Virus record (IMG/VR): IMGVR_UViG_3300005611_000121
Location: 1 to 33,203 of that record
Length of the DNA: 33,203 nt
Direction: 5' to 3' (one strand)
Source: a virus
Taxonomy: Duplodnaviria; Caudoviricetes
Each line of letters begins with the position of its first letter. Position 1 is the first letter of the stretch. Positions 17,437 through 25,469 of this stretch are shown piece by piece. The position numbers and the translations under genes were made by a program. The notes beneath the pieces were generated by a model. The model made no database searches. It was not told the DNA's origin and was given only the letters and a program-made list of their open reading frames with translations.

Positions 17437-17987
17437 AACCAGCCCTCAAATATCTTTTTAAGTTTCTCTGCTTGCCTTTCCAAAGCTACATTTCTTGCTG
17501 ACTCTGCTGCCCTTTCTGACCTTGCTGCTGCCCTTGCTGCTGACCATGCTGACCATGCTGCTGACTCTGCTGCTTCCCTTTCTGACCTTGCTGCTGCCCT
17601 TGCTGACTCTGCTGCTGACTCTGCTGCTTCCCTTTCTGACCTTGCTGCTGCCCTTGCTGACCATGCTGCTGACTCTGCTGCTGCCGCTTTTGAAAGCCCT
17701 AAACTATCAGACTTTAGGTAATCTAAGATTAACTCATAGTCAGTATCAGAGCAATAAGGTTTTATTAATTCTATGTTTAACAAGGCTTCGCTCTTAGCAA
17801 AACCTCTGAGGTCGGCTTCTTGCTTTTCTGTTAGATCTACTCTCTCTAAATACCAGAATATATCCTCTACACCATTGGAATCTAAAGCTTCTACAATTGT
17901 AGCTGATTCCCCATTTGCCTCTACAAAAGTTTCTAAGCCCTCTTCACAGGCTTCTAGTTCTATTAGTTCATCCTTAGTGATAATCAT
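17433..17987 (-). CDS. Hypothetical protein with Ala-rich repeats
   Basis: N-terminal ELIELEACEEG domain followed by (AAESA/AAWSA)RAAARSERE repeats; GGGAG RBS. Confidence 0.75.
   Translation of the reverse strand: MIITKDELIELEACEEGLETFVEANGESATIVEALDSNGVEDIFWYLERVDLTEKQEADLRGFAKSEALLNIELIKPYCSDTDYELILDYLKSDSLGLSKAAAAESAAWSARAAARSEREAAESAAESARAAARSEREAAESAAWSAWSAARAAARSERAAESARNVALERQAEKLKKIFEGWL
17495..17687. repeat. Intragenic tandem repeat
   Basis: Identical 30-mer ccctttctgaccttgctgctgcccttgctg at 17510, 17576 and 17630, interleaved with gctgactctgct/gctgaccatgct units. Confidence 0.9.
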
Positions 17988-18042
17988 AAGCTCTCTCCCG
18001 TCTTTTACACCCTACCCTATAGGTAGGCCTTACTATTTATAG

Positions 18043-18061
18043 AAAAGCCCTCACAGGGGCT
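18043..18061 (-). terminator. Possible weak early-region terminator
   Basis: Minus strand AGCCC-CTGTGA-GGGCT followed by TTT in an intergenic gap. Confidence 0.4.
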
Positions 18062-18076
18062 CACAATGGCTCCTAG

Positions 18077-18157
18077 CTATACTATACCAGCTAGTTGTGC
18101 CAAAGAATAAAAGATTACGCATAATACTATGATAACGCAAAGTTCTAACTTATCCAT
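18077..18157 (-). CDS. Small membrane peptide (26 aa, MDKLELCVIIVLCVIF...)
   Basis: GGAGG RBS; TAATG coupling to the upstream ORF; hydrophobic. Confidence 0.5.
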   Translation of the reverse strand: MDKLELCVIIVLCVIFYSLAQLAGIV

Positions 18158-18282
18158 TAGTACACCTCCACCTTGTAAAATCCATTTGCTTTAACGAAAG
18201 TGGATTTTAAGCCACTAGCAAGCGCCTTGTCAAGTACTTTGATTATTACCTTCTTGCTCTTGTGTATATAAATACCTTTCAT
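18157..18282 (-). CDS. Small basic protein (41 aa, MKGIYIHKSK...)
   Basis: ATGA overlap with the upstream gene; read manually. Confidence 0.5.
   Translation of the reverse strand: MKGIYIHKSKKVIIKVLDKALASGLKSTFVKANGFYKVEVY
18204..18233 (-). promoter_or_regulatory. sigma70-type promoter
   Basis: TTGACA-N18-TAAAAT. Confidence 0.55.
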
Positions 18283-18554
18283 ACTTCCACCCCGTTCAAA
18301 TAGGTAATATGGTTCTTAGTGTATACATCCACACCTAGCGCCCTTAGTCGAGATTTAGTTGTGTTAGTAGGCCAATTAGCTAGAGTCTGTCTATCTGGCA
18401 CTAGTGCTTTTTCATAGTAATCATAGTGCGCTATACGCTTCCCAAACAAGTACACATACGCTTTACCACCAGATTGTGAGACCATAGTGTTATCCTTACA
18501 CCAATTCAACCCATATTCTATAGCATTTAACATTTCTTCTTCTATCTTACGCAT
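18279..18554 (-). CDS. Hypothetical early protein
   Basis: MRKIEEEML...VYLFGKRIA...TNTTKSRLRAL. ATG 18554 follows GGAG. Confidence 0.75.
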   Translation of the reverse strand: MRKIEEEMLNAIEYGLNWCKDNTMVSQSGGKAYVYLFGKRIAHYDYYEKALVPDRQTLANWPTNTTKSRLRALGVDVYTKNHITYLNGVEV

Positions 18555-18570
18555 AAGATTCTCCAATATA

Positions 18571-18610
18571 GTTGACAAATCAGCTTTTTTCTAGTATATA
18601 TAAGTATATA
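18571..18610 (+). promoter_or_regulatory. 40-bp promoter-like element, antisense in the early region (twin of 27446..27485)
   Basis: TTGACA-N17-TATATA; 37 of 40 nt identical to 27446..27485. Confidence 0.7.
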
Positions 18611-18621
18611 TTAGATACTAT

Positions 18622-18753
18622 TTATATTATACCTATACTAACCATCTTATTAATAAAGTTAACTGCTTCTGATTTCTTCTTAAAGTTGTGTATATGCGTA
18701 TTGCCTAATTTAACAGCATAGCCACCTACTAAACACTTTTGAATATGTAGCAT
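18622..18753 (-). CDS. Small hypothetical protein (43 aa, MLHIQKCLVG...)
   Basis: GGAG-N8-ATG; read manually. Confidence 0.5.
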   Translation of the reverse strand: MLHIQKCLVGGYAVKLGNTHIHNFKKKSEAVNFINKMVSIGII

Positions 18754-18837
18754 AATATTTTCTCCAGATAATTGTTGTTGCACCCATGGCAAAACCAAAG
18801 GTTTTGTGGGGAAAACTATTGTTTTACGAGGGAAACT
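18754..18837. repeat. Dispersed intergenic element, copy C (one extra internal unit)
   Basis: aatattttct...cccatggcaaaaccaaaggttttgtggggaaaactattgttttacgagggaaact. Confidence 0.75.
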
Positions 18838-18871
18838 ACAGCAGTTTAAAGACTTGCTTAGGTCTTAAGAT

Positions 18872-19444
18872 TTAGCTAGCTTTTGCTAGTAGTTCATCTA
18901 CTGTTATCTCTTGCTCAACTTCTTGCTCTGCTACATTACCAACGATTAAGCGTAGTCTCTTAAGCTTGTCATCTGGAACACTTAGCTTAGCTCTATCCTC
19001 TTCGCTAAGGCTATCTGCTTTCTTAGATTCTGCTACTGCCCGTTTGATTAGCTTTGATATCTCATTATTAAGATCAAAGCCCTTGTAGGCTGGCGCTTCC
19101 TTGAGACTCCACCATTCAGTAGACTTAGCTGCTTCAAAGTGCGACTTGATGTACTCATCACCAGACCAACCAACAAAGCTTTTGCTATCCTCGTCTAAGA
19201 CTAGGCCGCCAAAGTCAACAAAGTATTTCTGTAGGCTGGCTCTATTAATACCGTTGCCTAGTCCTTCTAACAATACATTAGCCTTACGATAGTCACCTGT
19301 TTTTTCAGCGTGCATTAGTATCGCCACACTAGCAACTTGCACCTTGGCTCTCATTGTTTTAAGACTTGTTATAGCAGATTCAATTAGTTGATCTACGGTC
19401 TTAGCGTTTTTACCAGTGATTGAACTATAGCTTGTTACATTCAT
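18872..19444 (-). CDS. Hypothetical early protein
   Basis: 190-aa helical ORF (ILMHAEKTGD...LQKYFVDFG) close to the early promoters. Confidence 0.75.
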   Translation of the reverse strand: MNVTSYSSITGKNAKTVDQLIESAITSLKTMRAKVQVASVAILMHAEKTGDYRKANVLLEGLGNGINRASLQKYFVDFGGLVLDEDSKSFVGWSGDEYIKSHFEAAKSTEWWSLKEAPAYKGFDLNNEISKLIKRAVAESKKADSLSEEDRAKLSVPDDKLKRLRLIVGNVAEQEVEQEITVDELLAKAS

Positions 19445-19602
19445 AATGTTACTCTCTTTGTTTGTTTAGATTTACATTTAGGTTTAGCTTTACCTTGTCT
19501 CCACATACCATCGTGAGAACAAGACAATTCTTTATACGCTACCGTCTTCTTATGCCTGGCAGACATAATCTGACTTAGTATACGTTTCTCTCTTTTATTC
19601 AT
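19441..19602 (-). CDS. Small basic protein (53 aa, MNKREKRILS...)
   Basis: AGGTG RBS; its TGA overlaps the ATG of 18872..19444. Confidence 0.55.
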   Translation of the reverse strand: MNKREKRILSQIMSARHKKTVAYKELSCSHDGMWRQGKAKPKCKSKQTKRVTL

Positions 19603-19849
19603 AATAAAACACCTAATTTAAGTGGTTTATTAATAAGCTCTATATTAACAGCGCCTAGAGCTAAGGCGCTAACCGTTTCTATATCTCACTGCAGTACCGT
19701 GAACGCTAGAACATACGCTCGAATCTTTTAAGGTAGATTCTCAGCACCTTTGTTTACTTTTGCCAACTTAGTTTGAAGCGATAGCTAGAGTCAAAGACAA
19801 CCAGCATACTAATCAAACATTGGCGTGGGTTAACCTTCCACTTGCAACC

Positions 19850-19878
19850 ATGTTACCACTACCTTCTAAGCTTGTCAA
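19850..19878 (-). promoter_or_regulatory. Early sigma70 promoter
   Basis: TTGACA-N17-TAACAT with extended -10 TGn. Confidence 0.8.
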
Positions 19879-19965
19879 GTATCACCTATACTTAACTACA
19901 GTCTGACTCTTGGGATTCGTGCCCAGATAAACGACCAACTCATGCCGTTATCAAACTGTATTGCT

Positions 19966-19994
19966 ACCTTAACAAAACAAAAGAGCTTTGTCAA
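19966..19994 (-). promoter_or_regulatory. Early sigma70 promoter
   Basis: TTGACA-N17-TAAGGT with extended -10 TGn. Confidence 0.7.
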
Positions 19995-20038
19995 GAACCT
20001 TCCGTTAGTAGTCTGATTTAGACCACTAAGGGAAGCAC

Positions 20039-20067
20039 ACTATAGGGCTAGTGTGCAGCCTAGTCAA
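20039..20067 (-). promoter_or_regulatory. Early sigma70 promoter
   Basis: TTGACT-N17-TATAGT. Confidence 0.75.
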
Positions 20068-20068
20068 G

Positions 20069-20353
20069 CTATTTGTACAAGGTAACTCTTTCTATAGCGG
20101 TTGCCAATTCTAACAGGGCGCAAAAGGCTATAGTTTTAGCAAATAGGTAGTCTAATTCTTCAAGATTCCCTTCTATGTAAGCTTGTATTTGCTTACTCAG
20201 TAAAACCCTACCCTCGTTGGTGTGTAGTACTCCAACCAATACAGAGTGGACACCCCTAGTAGATGAGAGATCGCTATTCTTTATGTCTAGCATAGCGTCA
20301 TTTATGTCCGCTTCCAGTATTTCCACTTCTTTGCTTATATAGTACTTAGTCAT
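20069..20353 (-). CDS. Hypothetical protein, first gene of the early arm
   Basis: 94 aa; AAGGT RBS; promoter upstream. Confidence 0.65.
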   Translation of the reverse strand: MTKYYISKEVEILEADINDAMLDIKNSDLSSTRGVHSVLVGVLHTNEGRVLLSKQIQAYIEGNLEELDYLFAKTIAFCALLELATAIERVTLYK

Positions 20354-20405
20354 AATATATTACCTTTAATTGGTTGCCGTTGCTGTATTGCCCCGACTTG
20401 AAACA

Positions 20406-20434
20406 AGCTTAACCAATAGCTAGGAAGAAGTAAA
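20406..20434 (-). promoter_or_regulatory. Early sigma70 promoter
   Basis: TTTACT-N17-TAAGCT with AT-rich upstream sequence. Confidence 0.55.
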
Positions 20435-21024
20435 GTTTATTTTATGAATAGTGCACATAAGTTTGGTGAATGCTCTCCTAAGCTCACTAGTAATTATAGT
20501 AGTCTGATCTTGACTAACACAAGAGTATTGTCGCTGTCAATAGCTTTAGCCATAGATACTGTGAATGTGAAAAGAGACCACATGACAGTAGGACTAATAG
20601 TGGTCTGTAAGTACCTGATATATAAGGGCTATTAGCTCTAAGCACTATATAGGTAGTGACCTAGGCTAGGGCTAAGCTAAGCACTAAAAGCTCTCACAGA
20701 GCACTACAGAGCGTCCTAGGCACTATATAGTCTCATGAATAGCAGTATAGATAAGACTGATAGCAGTAGTCCTTGCAAGTAGCCTAATAGTGTGGTAGGA
20801 GGAGACTTAAGAGACAAGCAAGAAGTGTGCCTTAGGCCAATGGTAGCAAGGGCTGGGGATATATACAGTAGTGATGAGAGTGGTGGTAATGTGGCTGGGG
20901 TTGTAATGCACCCTAGCAAGCCCCATGCCAACTAGCTATAAGCCTAAGTAATTCTGAGTATAAATAAAATAAATAGAGGGGGCAAGGGGGGTAAGGGGGG
21001 TCTTCTTCTATTGCATTGAACCTC

Positions 21025-21045
21025 AAATATTTCTAGCAGTAATTA
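21025..21045. repeat. Partial copy D of the dispersed element
   Basis: aaatatttctagcagtaatta matches the left half of copy B apart from one T. Confidence 0.6.
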
Positions 21046-21285
21046 TGACTGTCCCCCAAAATAATTCCTGCCCTCCCAAGTATCTACCTGAGAAGTTCCT
21101 GAGGTAAATGCTTATAAGTTCGCTACGCTCACGAGTGCTACTAGGTATACTCGCTGAACGAAGTGAAGCTTTATCAATATTACAGTAGATTACAGAAGAG
21201 GTAGCGGCACATGTCAGCTACAAGATTAATTAACAAGGCGCTTCTAGTGTGGGTTCGCCTCCGCACCTTTATAAAGGAAATGATT

Positions 21286-23295
21286 GTGGCAATAAGCTTA
21301 GACAATGTAGGTAGTGGTTATAAGAGGTCTGCTCTTAACGACAACTTCACGACAATAGAAAATGAGATTAATAACGAAGTATTAACTAGAGGTGGTGGTA
21401 AAGCACTTACTGCTGACCTAGACTTCAACGGCAATGATCTACTAAACGGTGGTAGTATTAGTGCTGCTGAGATTGTCCTGAACGATGGGTCATTTACTAA
21501 TGTGGCTGACCTGATAGGAGCCACTGGCCCTACAGGAGCTACTGGCCCAACAGGGCCACAAGGCCCAACTGGAGCCCAAGGCATCCAGGGTGTGCAGGGC
21601 ATCCAAGGCCCCATTGGTGTTACAGGTACGACAGGAGCCACTGGCCCCCAAGGTGTACAAGGTGTTGTAGGCCCAACAGGGCCTGCTGGTACTTCCTACA
21701 CTGTAAGTGACACTGGCGACTACCTAGACATATTTGACTCAGTGGAGCCTGTAGCTGATGAGTACTCATTCCTTGCTGCTGACTACGCACAAGTTAGTTT
21801 GGCTAGTGAGGCTGTTGATACTGTGCACATTCGTATTGCTAACCACAGCATACCTGCTGGGTATACTTGGAAAGCTGCACCCAGTGCTGGAGCACCATTT
21901 TACACCTACTGGGCAACCATAATGGCAAGCGGTTCTTCACCTGTTAGTGGTACAGTAAATGGAGACTACCTAGACTTCACTGTACCCTTCACTGCTGCGA
22001 CATTTGCCTCTAACCAATACATAGTGATTGCAGCAGTATCTAACTCAGACCCTAACGTAATATCTACAGCACACATCCCTTACTACATTAGACCAAGTGA
22101 TTACATAGCGGCAGTAGATGGACTCACCACTAGAGACTCTAACGCTGTTGGTGGACATCTATTCATTAAGGACGGTGCTGGTGATATCCTAACTCTTGGT
22201 GAAGCACAGACGACTAACGAGCCACCTTTGACTAAGGCTTGGTTTGGCCCACTACTATTTGGTACAGGCCCAACAGGTGCTCAAGGCCCCGTTGGGATAC
22301 AAGGTCCTCAAGGACCTACTGGGGATGTTGGCCCAACAGGGCCACAAGGCCCTCAAGGTATTACGGGTGCTCAAGGCCCTCAAGGCCCTCAAGGCTTGAC
22401 AGGTGATCAGGGTGTTCGTGGTAGTAGGGCCTTCTACACTTCTGGTCAGACCACTTGGACAGTTGCTGCTGCACTGGCAGAGATACCAGACACCCCTATA
22501 GAGAATGATGTTTCTGTTCAGTACGGTAACGCAACTGGGTTTTCTGAGACACGTTACTACAATGGAGTAGATTTCAACCAACTGTCTAGTTGGATTGTGG
22601 TAGACCAACTGATTGGTAATGAGCCAACCAAGTTCAACGGTGTTGACTGGAAGTGGTCAGGTGTTAACAGCTATGATGAAACAGGCTCTACATTAGTACA
22701 CAGAAATTGGGCAGATTTGACTTTTGACTACCCATCGACTCCACGCATCTATCATTCTGGGAGTCAACCAAGCGCCACATTAGCCTTTGAACCAACTGAT
22801 GGGCAGTCCATAGTGGGGCTTGGGTTTGCCAACGCACAGAACGCGACCACTGTCAAGTTTAAGACAAGATTTCAACCTATAATATCCACAACGGGGGTCG
22901 GTGTGATAGGGCTGGGGGAGCCGATAGACCTAGATCCTATAGTCACTGTTGCTGATAGGATATATTATAAGTCTGCGTTTATCTCCATGCACTCAGGAAA
23001 TATCTACGCGGTAGTTACAAACCCAGCAAGCTTCATAGAAGGAGCAAGCGCAGGAGAAGTTTTGCTATCATCAATCGCCTCCGCTATTTATGAGATTGAG
23101 ATAGTAGCAACAGCGACCACTGTTGACTTTACTTTAACAAATCTGACAACAACCACTCAATACACTACAACAATAAGCACAAATGTGGATATAACTAACT
23201 ACGCAGATGCATACGCTGCATTAGTTGGCAAATCTTCAGGCGCTTCAACTAGTAATATATACCTAAGAGACTATAAGTTACTGATTGAAAACTAA
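21286..23295 (+). CDS. Collagen-like tail/head fibre protein
   Basis: N-terminal fibre-anchor-like segment ([13 protein letters not shown]...[12 protein letters not shown]); two Gly-X-Y blocks of 20 triplets (21517-21696) and 18 triplets (22267-22428); beta-rich C-terminus. Start GTG 21286 or ATG 21280 after AAGGA. Confidence 0.75.
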   Translation: MAISLDNVGSGYKRSALNDNFTTIENEINNEVLTRGGGKALTADLDFNGNDLLNGGSISAAEIVLNDGSFTNVADLIGATGPTGATGPTGPQGPTGAQGIQGVQGIQGPIGVTGTTGATGPQGVQGVVGPTGPAGTSYTVSDTGDYLDIFDSVEPVADEYSFLAADYAQVSLASEAVDTVHIRIANHSIPAGYTWKAAPSAGAPFYTYWATIMASGSSPVSGTVNGDYLDFTVPFTAATFASNQYIVIAAVSNSDPNVISTAHIPYYIRPSDYIAAVDGLTTRDSNAVGGHLFIKDGAGDILTLGEAQTTNEPPLTKAWFGPLLFGTGPTGAQGPVGIQGPQGPTGDVGPTGPQGPQGITGAQGPQGPQGLTGDQGVRGSRAFYTSGQTTWTVAAALAEIPDTPIENDVSVQYGNATGFSETRYYNGVDFNQLSSWIVVDQLIGNEPTKFNGVDWKWSGVNSYDETGSTLVHRNWADLTFDYPSTPRIYHSGSQPSATLAFEPTDGQSIVGLGFANAQNATTVKFKTRFQPIISTTGVGVIGLGEPIDLDPIVTVADRIYYKSAFISMHSGNIYAVVTNPASFIEGASAGEVLLSSIASAIYEIEIVATATTVDFTLTNLTTTTQYTTTISTNVDITNYADAYAALVGKSSGASTSNIYLRDYKLLIEN

Positions 23296-23359
23296 CATAG
23301 ACGCTTGTAAAAACTTAAGGAAGTAAATTGAGAGTAGCAATAACATTTGAGATTGGTCT

Positions 23360-23857
23360 ATGAACATAGATAAACAAAAACTTAAGGACAGCCAAGGTCG
23401 TCCACTCACTCAGTCTCTATTCTTAGAGATTGGGTATGAGACGGACAAGGCTGTCTTCACACTCAAGGACGATGATCACTTCTACGATGGGACTACATAC
23501 CCATCACTGAAGAAGTTGTACTTAGCTATGGAAGACGTAGTTGAGTATGACTTCTCCAACGCTTACCTGTTAGGTTGGCAGCACTGGCAAAGATTGAATC
23601 GTAACAAGGTGTTGGCTAAACACTTCCAGGAGTGGCGTGAAGAACTAGAACTTGCTATACGTTCCCAAGCTATTCGGGGCATCATTGATATGACTGCCTC
23701 AGATAACTTTCAAGCGTCCAAGTGGCTCGCTGACAGGGGTTGGGATAAGAAGGCAGCAGGTAGGCCAAGTAAGTCTGAGAAGCTCCGTGAGGAGCGTATG
23801 AACGCCCGTATAGAGGATGAGTTCAAATCAGATGTAGTTCGACTACTGAGAGACTAG
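23360..23857 (+). CDS. terS: Terminase small subunit
   Basis: Directly upstream of terL; helical protein with WREEL...ASKWLADRGW...GRPSK. Confidence 0.7.
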   Translation: MNIDKQKLKDSQGRPLTQSLFLEIGYETDKAVFTLKDDDHFYDGTTYPSLKKLYLAMEDVVEYDFSNAYLLGWQHWQRLNRNKVLAKHFQEWREELELAIRSQAIRGIIDMTASDNFQASKWLADRGWDKKAAGRPSKSEKLREERMNARIEDEFKSDVVRLLRD

Positions 23858-23858
23858 T

Positions 23859-25469
23859 ATGGAACAAGAAGATGATTGGCTAGTTGATGCCCACATAAAG
23901 CTACAACGTATGCCAACTGAGGCTAAGGAAGTTAGAGAGAGAGCTATGGCTGACCTAGCTTTCTTTGCTAAGCTGGTGAACCCAGGCTATATGTACGGGT
24001 CAGTACACAGGGAGATCTTTGCTTGGATGCAGGAGTACTCGCTGTTCGGACAGGGTGGAGCCACTACAAGTAACAAGTTAATCATGTTACCTCGTGCTCA
24101 CCTTAAGTCCCACATGGTTGCTACTTGGTGTGCTTGGATAATAACGAGACACCCAGAAGTAACTATGCTGTACGTATCTGCTACCTCTGAGCTTGCTGAG
24201 ACACAGCTATACGCTATACAGAACATACTTGGAAGCTCTGTATACATGAGGTTCTTCCCTGAGTACGTACACCCACAGGAGGGTAAGCGTACAAGGTGGT
24301 CTACTAAGAAACTCACAGTAGATCATCCTGCTAGGGCTAAGGAGGGCATACGTGACGCTACTATAGCAACAGCAGGTCTAACCACTAACACCACTGGTTG
24401 GCACGCTGACATAGTACTGGCAGATGACTTAGTGATTCCAGAGAATGCGTATACGTCAGAGGGTCGTGATTCAGTAGCCAAGAAGTCTTCTCAGTTTACA
24501 TCTATCAGGAACTCTGGTGGCTTCACAATGGCTTGTGGTACTAGATACCACCCTAAGGATATATATGACACCTGGAAGGGTCAAGCTTTTGATGACTATG
24601 ATGACGAAGGTTTGCTTATCGGTAAAGTACCAGTCTGGACTATCAAGGAATATGTCGTAGAGGAAGATGGCATATTTACTTGGCCGAGGACTGTCAGGGA
24701 TGACGGTAAAGCTTTTGGGTTTGATATCAGAGTGCTGGCACAGATTAAGGCTGAGTATATAGATACTGTACAGTTCTTTGCACAGTACTACAACAACCCC
24801 AATGCTTCCTCTAATCAACGTATAGACAGAGATAAGTTCCAGTACTATAACCCTAAGTTCCTACAGAAGAACGGCTCTGTGTGGGCTTACAACGGGCGTA
24901 GGCTTAACGTATATGCTGCTGTTGACTTTGCGTTCAGCTTAAAAAGGAAGGCTGACTACACAGCAATTGTGGTAGTCGGTGTTGACCATGAAGGCAACTA
25001 CTATATATTAGACATAGATCGGTTTAAGTCGGATAGGGTGAAGGACTATTATGACCACATAGTTGATCTACACTCAACGTGGGGCTTCAAGAAGGTACGT
25101 GCTGAAGTTACCGTAGCGCAAGTGGTAATAGTAAACGGAATAAAGGATTACATCAAGGCAGCAGGTCTTTCTATAAGCGTTGATGACTACAGACCTTCCG
25201 CTAAGGAGGGCAGTAAGGAAGAGCGTATTAAGGCTACACTAGAGCCGCTGTACGACAACTTACAGATGTGGCACAGAGAGGGCGGTTGGACTATGGAGCT
25301 TGAGGAAGAGCTTATCATGGCCAACCCACCACACGATGATATGAAAGATTCATTAGCGTCGGCAGTGGAAATATCAGTACGTCCTAAACAGTCTACCAAG
25401 TCTAAGCTTGAAGACTTCTTTAGTTCGACAAAAACTAACAATAGATTTGGCGGGGTTGCCTGGAAATGA
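23859..25469 (+). CDS. terL: Terminase large subunit
   Basis: Walker A-like LPRAHLKS, Walker B VLADD, motif III GTRY, nuclease AVDFA...DYTAIVVVG...HDDMKD. Confidence 0.92.
   Translation: MEQEDDWLVDAHIKLQRMPTEAKEVRERAMADLAFFAKLVNPGYMYGSVHREIFAWMQEYSLFGQGGATTSNKLIMLPRAHLKSHMVATWCAWIITRHPEVTMLYVSATSELAETQLYAIQNILGSSVYMRFFPEYVHPQEGKRTRWSTKKLTVDHPARAKEGIRDATIATAGLTTNTTGWHADIVLADDLVIPENAYTSEGRDSVAKKSSQFTSIRNSGGFTMACGTRYHPKDIYDTWKGQAFDDYDDEGLLIGKVPVWTIKEYVVEEDGIFTWPRTVRDDGKAFGFDIRVLAQIKAEYIDTVQFFAQYYNNPNASSNQRIDRDKFQYYNPKFLQKNGSVWAYNGRRLNVYAAVDFAFSLKRKADYTAIVVVGVDHEGNYYILDIDRFKSDRVKDYYDHIVDLHSTWGFKKVRAEVTVAQVVIVNGIKDYIKAAGLSISVDDYRPSAKEGSKEERIKATLEPLYDNLQMWHREGGWTMELEEELIMANPPHDDMKDSLASAVEISVRPKQSTKSKLEDFFSSTKTNNRFGGVAWK

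Noticed and set aside
17401-17797. ORFs 17401..17721(+), 17458..17664(-) and 17495..17797(+) with striking repeats
   Set aside because: They are alternative-frame shadows of the tandem repeat in 17433..17987 and lack convincing RBSs.
12776-18837. Dispersed repeats or the junction array as a CRISPR array or integron attC sites
   Set aside because: Spacing is irregular (100 bp to kilobases), the copies are degenerate, and no cas or integrase gene is present.
19730-19752. GGTGCTGAGA..TACC on the minus strand resembling a TPP riboswitch
   Set aside because: The remaining TPP core (CCTGAT..GTAATAC..GCG.AGGGA) is absent.
20444-20931. ORFs 20444..20635(+) and 20716..20931(-), and TTGACA at 20535-20540
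   Set aside because: No convincing RBS or protein features, and the -35 hexamer lacks a good -10 at 16-18 nt spacing.
19880-21280. tRNA genes near the terminus
   Set aside because: No cloverleaf with a GTTCRA T-loop was recognised by eye. tRNAscan-SE would be needed to exclude one formally.
21318-22608. Minus-strand ORFs 21318..21641 and 22255..22608
   Set aside because: They are antisense shadows of the Gly-X-Y codon repeats.
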